DNA of 64,000 nucleotides from Dehalococcoidia bacterium (GTDB lineage: Bacteria > Chloroflexota > Dehalococcoidia > Lucifugimonadales > UBA1123). The stretch is taken from NCBI GenBank assembly GCA_965116415.1, contig OZ220693.1:2220753-2284752 (forward strand), written 5' to 3'. The number at the start of each line of letters is the position of its first letter. The stretch's first letter is position 1. Positions 36,502 to 44,595 of the stretch are shown here, in pieces. Made by a program: the position numbers and the translations under genes. The notes beneath the pieces are model-generated. The model searched no databases. It saw only the letters and a program-made list of their open reading frames with translations, and was not told the origin of the DNA.

Positions 36502-36600
36502 AATTTAGGGGTCGCGCAAGTGAAGTGCATGTTACCAAGTGATGACACACCAGATATTCTCCGGTTCTGCCATTCCCATTTTGGGGTCGCGCAAGTAGTC
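36441..36600. repeat. Tandem direct repeat, two units of about 76 nt plus the first 7 nt of a third
   Basis: The caagt anchors lie at 36441, 36517 and 36592. Unit 1 is caagtagagtgcatattaccagatgatgacacgccagacattccctggctccgcgattcacaatttaggggtcgcg. Unit 2 is caagtgaagtgcatgttaccaagtgatgacacaccagatattctccggttctgccattcccattttggggtcgcg. Confidence 0.85.
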
Positions 36601-36740
36601 CTGGAGCGGTTGTCGGCGTCAAAGTCAGCCAGGAGTCCCTGTTGCATTCGGCAGCTAGCAACCCGGTTTGTACCTGGAGAACCTTTTGGGTATGCTCACC
36701 GTATACAGGATGGGATATATCAGCTTGCGAAGGTGAGGGC

Positions 36741-37352
36741 ATGACCACTAGAGTTTCAATTTTCCTCTTACTCGCACTTGGGATGACGGCGGCCCTTATT
36801 CTCGGCTGTGGATCAGCTTCAACCGAACAGGAAGCCGGCAGCGCGTCCGCGCCAAGCGCGCCACAGGCCGCCGCGGTCGTCGAGAGTCAGCCTCAAGCCG
36901 AGATAGTGGAAGTCGGTTACGAAGTGGGCCTTCGCGCTCCAGAGTTCGGCATGAGCCTGCTCGACGGCTCGAAGGTCACGTCCGCTGGGCTGGTCGAAGA
37001 GGGCAAGCCGGTATTCCTGTACTTCCACGCGACCTATTGACCGACCTGCCGCTCCGAGTTGCGGAGCCTGAACGACCAGGTCGGCACCGACTATGGTGAC
37101 AAGGTCGCTTTCTACATCGTTGGCACAAGCCCAAACGAGAGCGTCGAAGAACTCGACGCAGACCGGCAGAAGAAGGGTCTCCCCTGGCCCGTGGCCTACG
37201 CGGATGAGGGAATGCTGGCCTCGCTGAACATCAGGAGCCAGGCCTCGAAGATCGCCATCGGAAGCGACGGGACCATTCTCCACCGCGCCGGAGCGGGAAC
37301 GGCTGGCTTCGCCAGCTGGGCGGCACTGTTCGACGACATCGCCGCCAACTAG
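36741..37352 (+). CDS. TlpA/ResA-like thioredoxin-fold thiol:disulfide oxidoreductase lipoprotein; probable selenoprotein (Sec at codon 100, U-P-T-C active site)
   Basis: ORFs 36642..37040 and 37059..37352 share a frame and are separated only by TGA 37038..37040. Read-through gives GKPVFLYFHATY-U-PTCRSELRSLNDQ...GLPWPVAYADEG...IAIGSDGTILHRAGAG. The lipoprotein signal is MTTRVSIFLLLALGMTAALILGC. A stem-loop follows the TGA. Confidence 0.75.
37041..37084 (+). promoter_or_regulatory. SECIS-like stem-loop immediately 3' of the in-frame UGA
   Basis: Lower stem: ccgacctg (37041-48) pairs with caggtcgg (37077-84). Upper stem: gctccg (37051-56) pairs with cggagc (37062-67). The apical loop is aGUUg (37057-61) and begins 17 nt after the UGA. 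Confidence 0.65.
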
Positions 37353-37578
37353 GGGGCTGTAGGCTCAGACGGTCCTCGCATGACGTTCAAGGCCAACGTG
37401 CGCGCGAACCAGTGTTTCCCGAACCTGCTGCAGTAGAAGTTTGACTAACTGCACACTGGCATATACCCTGCAAACTAGTAGAGTCACTGGTGACTCCCCA
37501 CGGGAGTCAGTTCTGGCTCTCTTCTTTTGTCATGGGCGGTATGTACTATCCCCCCTAGTAGTGGTCTCGGGATAGTCG

Positions 37579-38361
37579 ATGTATGCCCAGCCTGTCGTCA
37601 CCTTCAGGCGTTGTCAGGTCCACGGTCTTCTGCTCGATTATTCTGTAGTTTGGATTCTGCAAAATCCATTGACGGTGTCGGCCGCCAACAGCGAGGACTT
37701 TCCCTCGGCAGCTACATTGACCGAATGGTACACTACGGTACGTCCAGCGCGGGGAAATTCCGGAATTGAGGAGGCTCCAAGAGCTTTGCCCCTGTTCATC
37801 CCTTGGAACTCTGAGGGCTTCATACCCCCAATTGGATCAAGTGGTTCTACTTCACACGACAGGTCGCCTTATGTCATCTCATTAAGTGACCTGGTCCAAG
37901 ACTTTGGACACACCTCAACTCGCCAACGTCTACTCTCCGGGTTTCTGAGTTATAGAGCCATGCTGCACCAAGTGGGAATTACGAGGGGATTCCAATGGAT
38001 TAACGGCAGTTTCCTCGAGAACGTTGAAGAACGTGATAGCCGCGATCCCGAAGACATAGACGTGGTGACATTCTTTAGCCTTCCAAGTGGGTATACTGAA
38101 GAAACCCTACTCGACGCGGACCAATCTGCTTTTGATCCGACCTACATTAGATCCAGATACGAGGTTGATGCTTACTATGTAGTATTGAATGCTGAGCACA
38201 TGGACTACATCATAGAAAGTTCCACATATTGGTACAGTCTCTGGTCTCACACCCGTGATGGGCAATGGAAGGGCTATCTGCAAGTTGATCTGGCCAATGT
38301 TGAAGACGAGACTGCCCGGACTGAAATTGGTAAGGGCGTGGAGGAAGGGGGACAGCCGTGA
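37579..38361 (+). CDS. Minimal nucleotidyltransferase-fold protein (Pol-beta superfamily; tentatively DUF6932-like)
   Basis: The motif QWINGSFLENVEERDSRDPEDIDVVTF fits hG[GS]-x(9-14)-D-h-D. The N-terminal (M)PLFIPWNSEGFIPPIG...PYVISLSDLVQDFGHTSTRQRLLSGF resembles that family from memory. The probable real start is TTG 37786, preceded by GAGGAGG (192 aa). Confidence 0.6.
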   Translation: MYAQPVVTFRRCQVHGLLLDYSVVWILQNPLTVSAANSEDFPSAATLTEWYTTVRPARGNSGIEEAPRALPLFIPWNSEGFIPPIGSSGSTSHDRSPYVISLSDLVQDFGHTSTRQRLLSGFLSYRAMLHQVGITRGFQWINGSFLENVEERDSRDPEDIDVVTFFSLPSGYTEETLLDADQSAFDPTYIRSRYEVDAYYVVLNAEHMDYIIESSTYWYSLWSHTRDGQWKGYLQVDLANVEDETARTEIGKGVEEGGQP

Positions 38362-39245
38362 ACGCACACGAATTTCGCCTCCTGCTTTCGGAACGTGCAG
38401 CGTTAAGAGATCTTATTGATCGCGCTCCGCCCGGCAACGTAATTACAAAGATGAGCTTTGAGAACCGCCTACGACGGGTTGAGGAGCAACTCGAATCCTA
38501 TGAAGGCTACTCCCCTCATGTTGTCAACGCGCGTCTTACGTTCAGAGGGAAACCAGTTTTGGGCAGCCGTGCGGTCGACGCAGGATTTGGTCTGGACGCA
38601 GCGAAGGCATTCGTGGAGGCGGTTGCTAACGTCGGGCGTGCTTGGGGCGGTGGCGATTCGGATTTTAGGTTGCTAATTACCGGAACTACGCGGGGCTCTT
38701 TCGGATTCGAAGTTGAGGATGCCACTCAGACACCAGCTCTTGAGGGTGAATCAACACCAGTGGAGCGGGCGCTGGAACACGTCAGGGACATTCTGAAAGC
38801 CACCACCGGGACCGACGACCAGTTGGCTGATGCGATAGAAGACACCGACGATAGCACTCTCAGGGCGATACACCTGTTCCTCAAGACGGTTGCAGACGGC
38901 GATGCGATGTGCGCGCTGGAAATACAAGATGACAAGTTCAGTTTTCAGAGTGCTGACCAGGTCGAGCGAAGCGCAGGACGGCTGGACCAGAGAAACATCA
39001 GCATTGAAAACGTTGAACTGAGTGGACATCTCCAGGGAATCATGCCCAAGGGGCGAAGAGCGGAGTTTGTCGTGAAAGAGACGGGGGACGTGATTACCGC
39101 TAGGGTTCAGGCACCGGTGGCGGAATCGGTTCTCACCGCCGAGATGATTAACCAGCCTGCGAGAATCAGGGCTCGGACCCGGCGAGTGGGCAACAGCAGG
39201 CCAACTTACATTATTACCGATTTCGATTCGGATTCTACCTCGTAG
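38358..39245 (+). CDS. Hypothetical protein (295 aa), translationally coupled to the upstream nucleotidyltransferase gene
   Basis: The GTG start overlaps the upstream stop (GTGA). Composition is coding-like and I recognise no family. It shares the lower-G+C islet with the upstream gene. Confidence 0.55.
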   Translation: MNAHEFRLLLSERAALRDLIDRAPPGNVITKMSFENRLRRVEEQLESYEGYSPHVVNARLTFRGKPVLGSRAVDAGFGLDAAKAFVEAVANVGRAWGGGDSDFRLLITGTTRGSFGFEVEDATQTPALEGESTPVERALEHVRDILKATTGTDDQLADAIEDTDDSTLRAIHLFLKTVADGDAMCALEIQDDKFSFQSADQVERSAGRLDQRNISIENVELSGHLQGIMPKGRRAEFVVKETGDVITARVQAPVAESVLTAEMINQPARIRARTRRVGNSRPTYIITDFDSDSTS

Positions 39246-39347
39246 TAAACCCACCTCACCTGCGTTCTACTGAATTGTAGCGCACCGCACACCTCCAAGC
39301 GTTCGCTGGGTTAGGTGCGCCTCACTCAGTCTCTACTTCATACTGGC

Positions 39348-39566
39348 CTATAGGCTCATCCCCGGCCTTTCGACAGCATCTCTCATCATATCCACCACAT
39401 CTTCCCTTTGCCTGTCGGCCTGCGCAGTTGCATCTGCGCCAGGACGACTGTTCGACAAGACAGTTTCAGAGCGACCACGCCTACGCCGCACGATTATGAA
39501 TATCAACCCGCCCCAGATAAGCGCAAACACGCAGATCATGAGCGACAGTTCCAGAAGCATTCTCAC
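39348..39566 (-). CDS. Small single-pass membrane protein (hypothetical)
   Basis: 72 aa. The hydrophobic segment LSLMICVFALIWGGLIFIIV is followed by RRRRGR. No homology was recognised. Confidence 0.3.
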   Translation of the reverse strand: MRMLLELSLMICVFALIWGGLIFIIVRRRRGRSETVLSNSRPGADATAQADRQREDVVDMMRDAVERPGMSL

Positions 39567-39684
39567 GCCGTCCTATCTTGCTTCCACGGAAGAGTCTGCT
39601 GGTAGGCTAGCATGAATCCCCGTTTTCTTCACTGGCCGTCAGGACTCAGAATCGAAGTCTACACAGGCGACTGGTGGGAACTCA

Positions 39685-40215
39685 ATGCTTGCTCTATGCT
39701 CTGAGCAGTTCGGTAGATTGGAGGCGAGAGTGCCTATAGGCAGGTTTATTGCGATGGTGGGGTTCCTGGTGTGGCGCAGGAGCGACGGGAGGTACCTACT
39801 GCTCAGGAGGTCGCCTGACAAGGACTTCGCGGCGGGTGAGTGGGAGACCGGCTCGGGCAGACTCGACCAGGGTGAGGGGTTTGCGGACGCGGTGTTCAGG
39901 GAGTCGATGGAGGAGCTGGGCACTGAGGTGCGGATCGAGTGCATCCTCGGGACCACCCACTTCTACCGGGGTGAAACGACCCCGGACAATGACATGGTGG
40001 GCGTCAGCTTCGGATGCTCCATCCCTGACGAGTCCGGGCTGTCCCTAAGCGGCGAGCACTCCGAACACAGGTGGATGACTGCCGCAGAGGCGGCGGAGTT
40101 CCTGGCGGATGGACACTGGCTCAGCAGGCTTGTCCAGCGGGCAGATGTGTTCCGCGAGCACATGCCACGTGACGTCCGCAAGCTTCACTGGAGCGGCAAC
40201 TTCGAGACGCAGTAG
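39685..40215 (+). CDS. NUDIX hydrolase
   Basis: The Nudix box is GEWETGSGRLDQGEGFADAVFRESMEELG (Gx5Ex7REUxEExGU). The start may be the internal Met at 39754. Confidence 0.85.
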   Translation: MLALCSEQFGRLEARVPIGRFIAMVGFLVWRRSDGRYLLLRRSPDKDFAAGEWETGSGRLDQGEGFADAVFRESMEELGTEVRIECILGTTHFYRGETTPDNDMVGVSFGCSIPDESGLSLSGEHSEHRWMTAAEAAEFLADGHWLSRLVQRADVFREHMPRDVRKLHWSGNFETQ

Positions 40216-40219
40216 GTCG

Positions 40220-41356
40220 CTACTGAGCGGCCACTCCCAGAACACGGGCGGCGGTGCCTCCCATTATGAGGGCGAGGTCGTCGTCGCTCAGACCGGTCGA
40301 TGGCGCGAAGTGGCGTTCGAGCCAGTGCCGGGACTGCCGGTAGGTGCAGAAGCGATTCTGGAAGGGCATGTCGGTACCGTACATTAGCTGTCCAGGCCCG
40401 ATCCGTTCGACCATCGCTTCCATCGTCGGCCACACCTCGCGATAGGGGTAGTCGAAGATGTCGCCGATGCGGACTGGAAAGCACACCTCCAGGCTCAGAT
40501 TCGGGTTCTCGAACGGCTTCCATATCTCGTCGGGCACGGATATGCGGTCGCCGTCCAGGTACACACGCCATGGAAAGCCGTGGGTGAGGCTGCACACCAT
40601 GTGGGGGTAGCGCTCCATGAGACGCATGAGGATGCGTTGCTCGGACAGGTAGCCTCGCTGCCCTTCCGGATCGGGACCTGCCTCCCTCGCGCGGGCCGGG
40701 CCGGTGACCAGCGTGAGGAATACAGGGACACCCAAAGTCGATACGACCTCCCAGAACGGCGCGTATGGTCCGCTGTCCCACGGCTCGTCGCTGACGATGT
40801 ACCCACCTGCGCTGAACTTGATCGCATGCAGGCCGAGTTCCCTGATAGCCGAGGTGACGCTGGCGATCACCGAGTCGACGTCGGTGTGAATCATCTTTTC
40901 ATCGACCGCGGCCATCGAGAGCAGGCGGTCGGGAAATCGCCGTACACACTCGGCCTGGTACTCGTTGCTCCGGCCCAGCATGGCGTTCGTGTGCAGCAGC
41001 GTCATGTCGATGCCAGCGTAGTCCATCTCTCCAATCAGGCTGTCGGGGGTGAACTCGAGATTGCGGAGGTTCGGCGGATAGTAGTGCTTCGTGTATGTCT
41101 CGCCCTGGTAGTCCCACAGGACGCGGCCGGCAGCGTGGTCGACGCGGAAGTTGACGTCCGGTAGGGCATCCAAGTTTCCGTCGGCCCTCGGGTCGAGCAC
41201 GCCGGATGGGCCTTCAACGCGGTCTCGGATACGAAACGCCGGCTGGTGATGCCTGGCGTACGACATCTGCACCTCTAGCAGGTGCTCCCGAGAGTCGGCG
41301 TAGCCGCGAGGACTGTCGGCAGGCTCGAAACAGTATGCGTGTGAGTCGATTATCAT
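40220..41356 (-). CDS. Amidohydrolase-2 family (TIM-barrel metal-dependent hydrolase/decarboxylase, ACMSD-like)
   Basis: Start taken at MIIDSHAYCFEP (ATG 41356; the track ORF begins 10 codons earlier). ...IDMTLLHTNAMLG..., ...HGFPW... and ...LMYGTDMPF... are typical of PF04909-type proteins. Confidence 0.75.
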   Translation of the reverse strand: MIIDSHAYCFEPADSPRGYADSREHLLEVQMSYARHHQPAFRIRDRVEGPSGVLDPRADGNLDALPDVNFRVDHAAGRVLWDYQGETYTKHYYPPNLRNLEFTPDSLIGEMDYAGIDMTLLHTNAMLGRSNEYQAECVRRFPDRLLSMAAVDEKMIHTDVDSVIASVTSAIRELGLHAIKFSAGGYIVSDEPWDSGPYAPFWEVVSTLGVPVFLTLVTGPARAREAGPDPEGQRGYLSEQRILMRLMERYPHMVCSLTHGFPWRVYLDGDRISVPDEIWKPFENPNLSLEVCFPVRIGDIFDYPYREVWPTMEAMVERIGPGQLMYGTDMPFQNRFCTYRQSRHWLERHFAPSTGLSDDDLALIMGGTAARVLGVAAQ

Positions 41357-41431
41357 GGGCACGGAATCAGATCCTTTCGAGACCATCGTATCACTCGCAC
41401 CTTCGTCGCGACATCGAGGAGTTTCAACTCA

Positions 41432-42586
41432 ATGTCAGCCCAAACCCAGACCCCCGATTCCGGCCCCGTCCGCGAGTCGGCTCGCATAACCAGCCTCGAC
41501 CTGATTCGTGGAGTCGCTGTGCTCGGCATCCTGCTGATGAACGCCGTCTCCTTCAAGTTCGGCCCCGGACCCTACTTCAACCTGAGCGCGGGCGGCTCTG
41601 AGACGTGGCTCGACTGGACAGTGGGCATCTTCGGCGAGGTCTTCGTAGACCAGAAGTTCATGGGTCTTTTCTCGCTGCTGTTCGGAGCGGGGATGATACT
41701 CTTCATCGACCGCGCGGCCGGCAGGGGAAGGCGGGCGGTCAGGCTGAACCTGTGGCGGAACGTGCTGCTACTGATCATCGGCATCCTGCACACCATATTA
41801 TGGTACGGCGACATCCTGATGGCCTACGCGATAGCCTCGTTCTTCCTGGTTGCAATGAGAAGGCTGCCGAACCGGGCGCTGATCTCAGTGGGAGCTATCG
41901 TATTCGCACTGTCCATCGGATGCTCACTACTCGCGCAGAACATGGCCAACACGACCGACGTGTCGCTGTCAGGTATCTGGACACCGGGCGATTTCCCCGC
42001 GCAGGAGCTGATCGGACTTCCCTTAGTGCTGGGCTACTTCCTGCGTGCGCTGGGGCTGATCCTCATCGGAGCGGGCCTGTATCGCACTGGCTTCGTGAAC
42101 GGCGGGATGCCGGCGAAGACGTATCACCTGACCGCAATCGTCGGACTCGCCATCGGCCTGCCGCTTGCCGCTGCCGGTGTGGTCATAACGGCATTGAACG
42201 ACTACTCGAGCGAGATCGCCTTCATCGGCCAGGTCCCCAACACGCTGGGCACGATTCCGGCATCGCTGGGATACATGAGCCTCATCATACTCTGGAACAA
42301 CCGCGCGGATAGCTGGCTCAAGGGACGACTGCGCGCAGCCGGAAGGATGGCGCTGACCAACTACCTGACGCAGACGGTGCTGGGTGTGCTCGTTTTGACC
42401 GTACTGCTGCGCGACGTCGAATTCGTGAACCGAGCTGCCGTGCTGCTATTCGTATTCGCGGTGTGGGCGCTACAGATGTGGTGGTCGCAGGCGTGGCTGA
42501 GTCGCTTCCTGTTCGGACCCGCGGAGTGGATCTGGCGAGTCGCCACGTATCGAACTGGACAGCCGCTGCGGCGCGTTGGGAGTTAG
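41432..42586 (+). CDS. DUF418/YeiB-like polytopic membrane protein
   Basis: 384 aa. RITSLDLIRGVAVLGILLMN at the N-terminus and ...ALTNYLTQTVLG...FGPAEWIWRVATYR at the C-terminus match the DUF418 family pattern. Confidence 0.75.
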   Translation: MSAQTQTPDSGPVRESARITSLDLIRGVAVLGILLMNAVSFKFGPGPYFNLSAGGSETWLDWTVGIFGEVFVDQKFMGLFSLLFGAGMILFIDRAAGRGRRAVRLNLWRNVLLLIIGILHTILWYGDILMAYAIASFFLVAMRRLPNRALISVGAIVFALSIGCSLLAQNMANTTDVSLSGIWTPGDFPAQELIGLPLVLGYFLRALGLILIGAGLYRTGFVNGGMPAKTYHLTAIVGLAIGLPLAAAGVVITALNDYSSEIAFIGQVPNTLGTIPASLGYMSLIILWNNRADSWLKGRLRAAGRMALTNYLTQTVLGVLVLTVLLRDVEFVNRAAVLLFVFAVWALQMWWSQAWLSRFLFGPAEWIWRVATYRTGQPLRRVGS

Positions 42587-42591
42587 CAGCA

Positions 42592-43743
42592 CTAAATCTC
42601 CTCGTCGTGCTGACCCAACTCCGGGGCCTCCGACCTCAGCGTCCATGGTGTCGCGCTCATCTTGAACGGTGCTCCTGGCATCGTACCACTTGCATGTCCA
42701 GCTTTAAGCTGGTCGGAGCGGACGAAGAAGTCGCGCTCGTCCAGGTGGGGATCGACCAGCAGGCGATCGACGGTGAGGGTCATGCCGATCAGCAGACGCA
42801 GCGGAGCCAGTCCGTGGAACAGCTCCTCCATCGTGTGGCGCTCCAAATGTGGCCGAAGCATCTTCTCGATCTCAGCCGCGTGCTCCCGACGGGCGGCCGC
42901 AGTGGCGTACTTCGGGTTGTAGGCTATATCGGGATCATCGAAGAAGAGCCACATGTACTCCCACGTGGCGTCGTGGCGGACATTGAGCGACACATAGCCG
43001 TCCTTGCACGGCAGCAGGGGCGTCGACCCTCTCGTTTCCGGGCCTCCCCGGTGCATCGCGCCGAGAAGCTGGGGGCTGAATGCCGAGACGCCTGCTTCCT
43101 GCATCGACACGTCTACGTGCTGGCCCTCGCCGGTCAGATCTCTGTGCGCGAGCGCGGTCATCGCGCCGAGAAACGCGCACGCCCCGGCCTGGAAGACAGA
43201 CTCGTCGCCCGGCTCCTTCAGCGGCTCACGATCAGACGAGCCGTTGACGTAGGACTGTCCCGACGCGCCGTACATCACAAGGTCCGTCGCCTGGTAGTCG
43301 CGCCACGGGCCGGTCTGTCCGAACGGAGAGACGGATACGAGGACGATTCCGGGATTGGCCTTTGCCAAGTCGTCGTAGGCCAGGCCCAGCGAGCGTATGT
43401 GGCCCGGGCGGAATGTTTCGACCACTACGTCGGCAGTTGAGCAGAGTTCGCGTAGGCGCGCCAGTCCGTCTGGCGAGTCCAGGTCGATGGCGGCACCGCG
43501 CTTGTTGGTGTTCAGGAATCTGAACATGCCGCCGGTGTCGGAGCCTGGATCGTCGTTCGGGAACGGGCCCAGCTTGCGGGACGGGTCGCCATCGGGCGGC
43601 TCTACCTTGATGACGTCCGCGCCGAAGTCGGCGAACATCTTGGCGCAGAACGCGCCTGCCAGCCCCTCGAACACTCCGACAGACAGATCGACAACCCGCA
43701 GGGCCTGACCCCGGCCTGAACGGGCGTCGGAGAGTGCCATCAC
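42592..43743 (-). CDS. Family III CoA-transferase (CaiB/BaiF family)
   Basis: 383 aa. ALRVVDLSVGVFEGLAGAFCAKMFADFGADVIKVEPP. It overlaps the upstream crotonase gene by 4 nt. Confidence 0.85.
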   Translation of the reverse strand: MMALSDARSGRGQALRVVDLSVGVFEGLAGAFCAKMFADFGADVIKVEPPDGDPSRKLGPFPNDDPGSDTGGMFRFLNTNKRGAAIDLDSPDGLARLRELCSTADVVVETFRPGHIRSLGLAYDDLAKANPGIVLVSVSPFGQTGPWRDYQATDLVMYGASGQSYVNGSSDREPLKEPGDESVFQAGACAFLGAMTALAHRDLTGEGQHVDVSMQEAGVSAFSPQLLGAMHRGGPETRGSTPLLPCKDGYVSLNVRHDATWEYMWLFFDDPDIAYNPKYATAAARREHAAEIEKMLRPHLERHTMEELFHGLAPLRLLIGMTLTVDRLLVDPHLDERDFFVRSDQLKAGHASGTMPGAPFKMSATPWTLRSEAPELGQHDEEI

Positions 43744-44585
43744 CGCCGGTCCCCGAAGTCGCCGAACCTCTTGTCGCGCTCACGGGCGCGATTGATGCCG
43801 ATGGCTCTCTCCTCGCCCAGAGCATCGTCGCGCTCGCGACGGTACGCGACCGACAGCGCATGAGTCTGAAATGCGCTCTTGACGCCGGACCTGAAGCCCA
43901 TCTCGTCCTGCATCTGGTTGACCGAGTACTTGGAGATGCGCACGGCGAACGGGTCCTGGAGCGCGATGCGCTGCGCGAGCGCCATCGTCTCCTCTCCCAG
44001 CCTGTCAGCGGGAACCACGCGGTTGACCAAGCCGAGGCGCTCTGCCTCGTGCGCGTCGATCCAGTCGCCGGTGAAGAGGTACTCCTTGGCCTTTCTGAAG
44101 CCGATCTCCCACGGCAGGCTGGCGAACTGCACGTGCGGGCCTCCCCAGCGGACGGTGCGGTCGGAGAAGCGGGCATCGTCTGCGGCGACAATCAGGTCGC
44201 ACGCAGTCGCGAGGATCAGCCCGCCCATGATGCAGTAGCCCTGCACCTGCGCGATGGTCGGCTTGGGGAAGTCGCGCCACCGGAGCGTGTTCGCCATGTT
44301 CAGGTCCCAGCTTCGTGCGTACGCCCCGGGTATGCCGGGCGCGTAGGGGCGCTTCTCCCTGTCGGCAAGCTCCTGCGGACTGCCGAGGTCGTGCCCCGAC
44401 GAGAAGTGCTCGCCCGTGCCGGCGACGATGACGACACGGATTGAGTCGTCGTCAGCCACGCTCATGAGCGCGTCGTCGAACTCCTCCAGCATCATGCGGC
44501 TCTGCGCGTTGCGGACCTCAGGCCGGTTTACCGTGATGGTCAGGACCGAGTCGGTACGGTCAAGCAGGATGTTTTCGTAGGTCAT
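43740..44585 (-). CDS. Enoyl-CoA hydratase/isomerase (crotonase superfamily)
   Basis: 281 aa. ...VLTITVNRPEVRNAQS...VVIVAGTGEHFSSGHDLG...PTIAQVQGYCIMGGLILATACDLIVAADDARF. Confidence 0.88.
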   Translation of the reverse strand: MTYENILLDRTDSVLTITVNRPEVRNAQSRMMLEEFDDALMSVADDDSIRVVIVAGTGEHFSSGHDLGSPQELADREKRPYAPGIPGAYARSWDLNMANTLRWRDFPKPTIAQVQGYCIMGGLILATACDLIVAADDARFSDRTVRWGGPHVQFASLPWEIGFRKAKEYLFTGDWIDAHEAERLGLVNRVVPADRLGEETMALAQRIALQDPFAVRISKYSVNQMQDEMGFRSGVKSAFQTHALSVAYRRERDDALGEERAIGINRARERDKRFGDFGDRR

Positions 44586-44595
44586 TGGTCTGTCC

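Noticed and set aside
36392-36748. 118-aa minus-strand ORF, and the first ~24 codons of the 601-aa permease ORF, as coding
   Set aside because: Both read through the 76-nt tandem repeat. The repeat period is not a multiple of 3, so the two copies are translated in different frames (LACHHLVICTLLAG and LVCHHLVTCTSLAR). This indicates non-coding DNA.
37492-37508. Hairpin gactccc-cac-gggagtc as the intrinsic terminator of the redoxin gene
   Set aside because: It lies ~140 nt after the stop codon and is not directly followed by a T-tract (agttctggctctc precedes tttt). It is too weak to call.
43232-44191. 319-aa minus-strand ORF spanning the CoA-transferase/crotonase junction
   Set aside because: It is an out-of-frame overlap of two well-supported genes. 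It is extremely Arg/Pro/Ser-rich (RRRW..., PARR...) and has no domain features.
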